From positions 1-44,725 of IMG/VR virus record IMGVR_UViG_3300027921_000163: a DNA stretch of 44,725 nt; one strand, 5' to 3'. Below the pieces are notes generated by a model. The model searched no databases. It saw only the letters and a program-made list of their open reading frames with translations, and was not told the origin of the DNA. Position 1 is the stretch's first letter. Every line of letters starts with the position of its first letter. Shown piece after piece: positions 42,883 through 44,725 of the stretch. This DNA is from a virus. Its lineage: Duplodnaviria > Caudoviricetes. A program made the position numbers and the translations under genes.

Positions 42883-44246
42883 GCACGGTAATTATCAAGA
42901 AGCGCTGCGCGGTGTATACCCGGGTCTCCAACGATGAGCGGCTCGATCAATCCTTCAACTCCCTGGACGCGCAGCGGGAAGCGGGCCAGGCCTACATCGC
43001 CAGCCAGCGCACCGAGGGTTGGCTAGCGGTCGCCGACGACTATGACGACGGCGGCTTCTCCGGCGGCAACATGGAACGCCCGGCGCTGAAACGCCTGATG
43101 GATGACATCCTGGCCGACCAGATCGACATCGTGGTGGTCTACAAAATCGACCGACTGACCCGCTGCCTGGCCGACTTCTCCCGGTTGATCGAGGTCTTCG
43201 AGCGGCACAAAGTGTCGTTCGTGTCCGTCACCCAGCAGTTCAACACCACGACCTCGATGGGCCGGTTGATGCTGAACATCCTTCTGTCGTTCGCCCAGTT
43301 CGAACGCGAAGTCACCGGCGAGCGCATCCGCGACAAGATTGCGGCCAGCAAGCGCAAAGGGATCTGGATGGGGGGGTACCCGGCTCTGGGCTACGACGTG
43401 AAAGATCGCCAGTTGATCATCAACGACGCCGAAGCCGCCACGGTGCGGCGCATCTTCCAGCGCTTTGCGGAAATGCAGTCGGCCACCGATCTGTGCCGTG
43501 AATTGGCGGTCGATGGCATCACCACCAAGGCCTGGAAAACCGCAGACGGCAACGTTCGCAACGGCACGCCGATGGACAAGAAATATCTGTCCAAGGCGCT
43601 GCGCAACCCGATCTACGTCGGCGAGATACGCCACAAAGGGGTGGTGCATGCCGGCCAGCATGAACCGATCATCAGCCGGCAACTTTGGGATCGGGTGCAA
43701 GCCATCCTGGCGGAAGATGCCAGCGCGCGCATGGGCAGAACCCAAACTCGGGACAAGACCGACGCACTGCTGCGCGGCCTGCTCTACGGGCCGAACGGCG
43801 AGAAGTACCACATCACCTTCTCGAAGAAGCCGTCCGGGAAGAAGTACCGCTATTACATCCCGAAGGCCGACCAGCGCTACGGCGGCGGATCTAGCGCCAC
43901 CGGCATGATCCCCGCCGGCCAGATCGAAGAGGTGGTGGTGAATTTGCTGGTCGGCGTCTTGCAATCGCCCGAGTCGGTGCAGGGCGTCTGGCAGCAGGTG
44001 CAACAACAATTCCAGACGATCGAGGAACCGAAGGTGGTGCTGGCCATGCGCCGTCTGGGCGATGTCTGGAAGCAGTTGTTCCCGGCGGAGCAAGTACGCC
44101 TGGTGAATCTGCTGATCGAGCGCGTCCAGTTGCTGTCGGACGGCATCGACATCGTCTGGCGCGAGGTGGGCTGGAAGGAACTGGCGGGAGAACTTGTTGC
44201 TGACAGCATCGGCGGCGAGCTGCTGGAAATGGAGGCGGTGGCATGA
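42879..44246 (+). CDS. Large serine recombinase (integrase)
   Basis: YTRVS catalytic motif, DGGFSGGNMERPAL, KIDRLTR, FAQFERE, LRNPIYVG, HEPIIS. Confidence 0.95.
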   Translation: MSTVIIKKRCAVYTRVSNDERLDQSFNSLDAQREAGQAYIASQRTEGWLAVADDYDDGGFSGGNMERPALKRLMDDILADQIDIVVVYKIDRLTRCLADFSRLIEVFERHKVSFVSVTQQFNTTTSMGRLMLNILLSFAQFEREVTGERIRDKIAASKRKGIWMGGYPALGYDVKDRQLIINDAEAATVRRIFQRFAEMQSATDLCRELAVDGITTKAWKTADGNVRNGTPMDKKYLSKALRNPIYVGEIRHKGVVHAGQHEPIISRQLWDRVQAILAEDASARMGRTQTRDKTDALLRGLLYGPNGEKYHITFSKKPSGKKYRYYIPKADQRYGGGSSATGMIPAGQIEEVVVNLLVGVLQSPESVQGVWQQVQQQFQTIEEPKVVLAMRRLGDVWKQLFPAEQVRLVNLLIERVQLLSDGIDIVWREVGWKELAGELVADSIGGELLEMEAVA

Positions 44247-44725
44247 ATCGAAGCAGCAAGAAACTGATTCCGACCGGCCAACCGCATGCGCGCCGCCATC
44301 CCCTGGAGGATGGCGGGGTAAGGATCACCACCTTCGTCCCCCTGCAATTCAAGAAACGGGGCATCAAGAAGGTGGTGGTCGGGCCGGTTGGCGTAGACGA
44401 ACCGGTGACAATCAACGCATCGGTGGTGGCGATCCCTCCGGTGCAAGACCAGACCCTACTGAAGGCGGTCGCCCTGGCGCATTACTGGGACAAACTTATC
44501 GACGATGGCGTGGTCTCCGACGCGAACGACATCGCGCAACGGGAGCGGATGGAAATCACACGGGTCAGGGAAGTCTTGCGGCTCGTCATCCTCGATCCTC
44601 AAATCACCCTGGCCATTCTCGAGGGCAGGCAACCCCGGACACTGTCGCTTGAATCGCTGGTGCGCAACAGCCTGCCGTTGGATTGGGAAGCACAGCTCCG
44701 GATGGTTGCCGAAATCGGGGGCTGA
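44243..44725 (+). CDS. Recombinase-associated HTH protein
   Basis: AHYWDKLIDDG..DIAQRE..VLRLVILDPQI..ILEGRQP...PLDWEAQ; ATGA coupling. Confidence 0.7.
   Translation: MNRSSKKLIPTGQPHARRHPLEDGGVRITTFVPLQFKKRGIKKVVVGPVGVDEPVTINASVVAIPPVQDQTLLKAVALAHYWDKLIDDGVVSDANDIAQRERMEITRVREVLRLVILDPQITLAILEGRQPRTLSLESLVRNSLPLDWEAQLRMVAEIGG

Larger units (their letters stand above)
1..44725. mobile_element. Temperate siphovirus prophage (lambda-type head, serine integrase), both ends outside the window
   Basis: Contiguous integrase, replication, terminase, portal, capsid, tail and holin-like genes in phage order, mostly co-oriented, with many ATGA/TGATG overlaps. Confidence 0.96.

Noticed and set aside
1-44725. 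attL/attR, endolysin, tRNA genes
   Set aside because: Window ends at stop codons of terminal genes; none recognisable inside

Overview
The window is a near-complete, high-GC temperate siphovirus prophage with a lambda-type head, probably from a betaproteobacterial host (inference). It is clipped at both ends, so the endolysin and att sites are not visible. Most genes are on the minus strand. From right to left: a large serine recombinase module (+ strand); a control region that has no classical CI but has a LexA-N-only HTH, an N-terminal-Gly helical protein and a QatC/QueC-like enzyme fused to a putative DNA-binding domain; a Sak4/SSB/Cas4-like/P4-primase replication module with a 100-bp palindrome; RuvC; a late regulator; a lambda-like cos site; two ParB-methyltransferases; a TetR/SDR moron; an array of small genes behind five copies of a 31-bp motif (a sixth copy precedes the DUF2924-integrase genes); terminase; a fibre/discoidin module; head genes; tail genes with a -1 frameshift; and holin-region genes. 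The best candidates for new biology are the QueC-based module in the immunity-region position and the repeat-headed gene-cassette array. All family assignments come from recognising motifs by eye, with no database searches.
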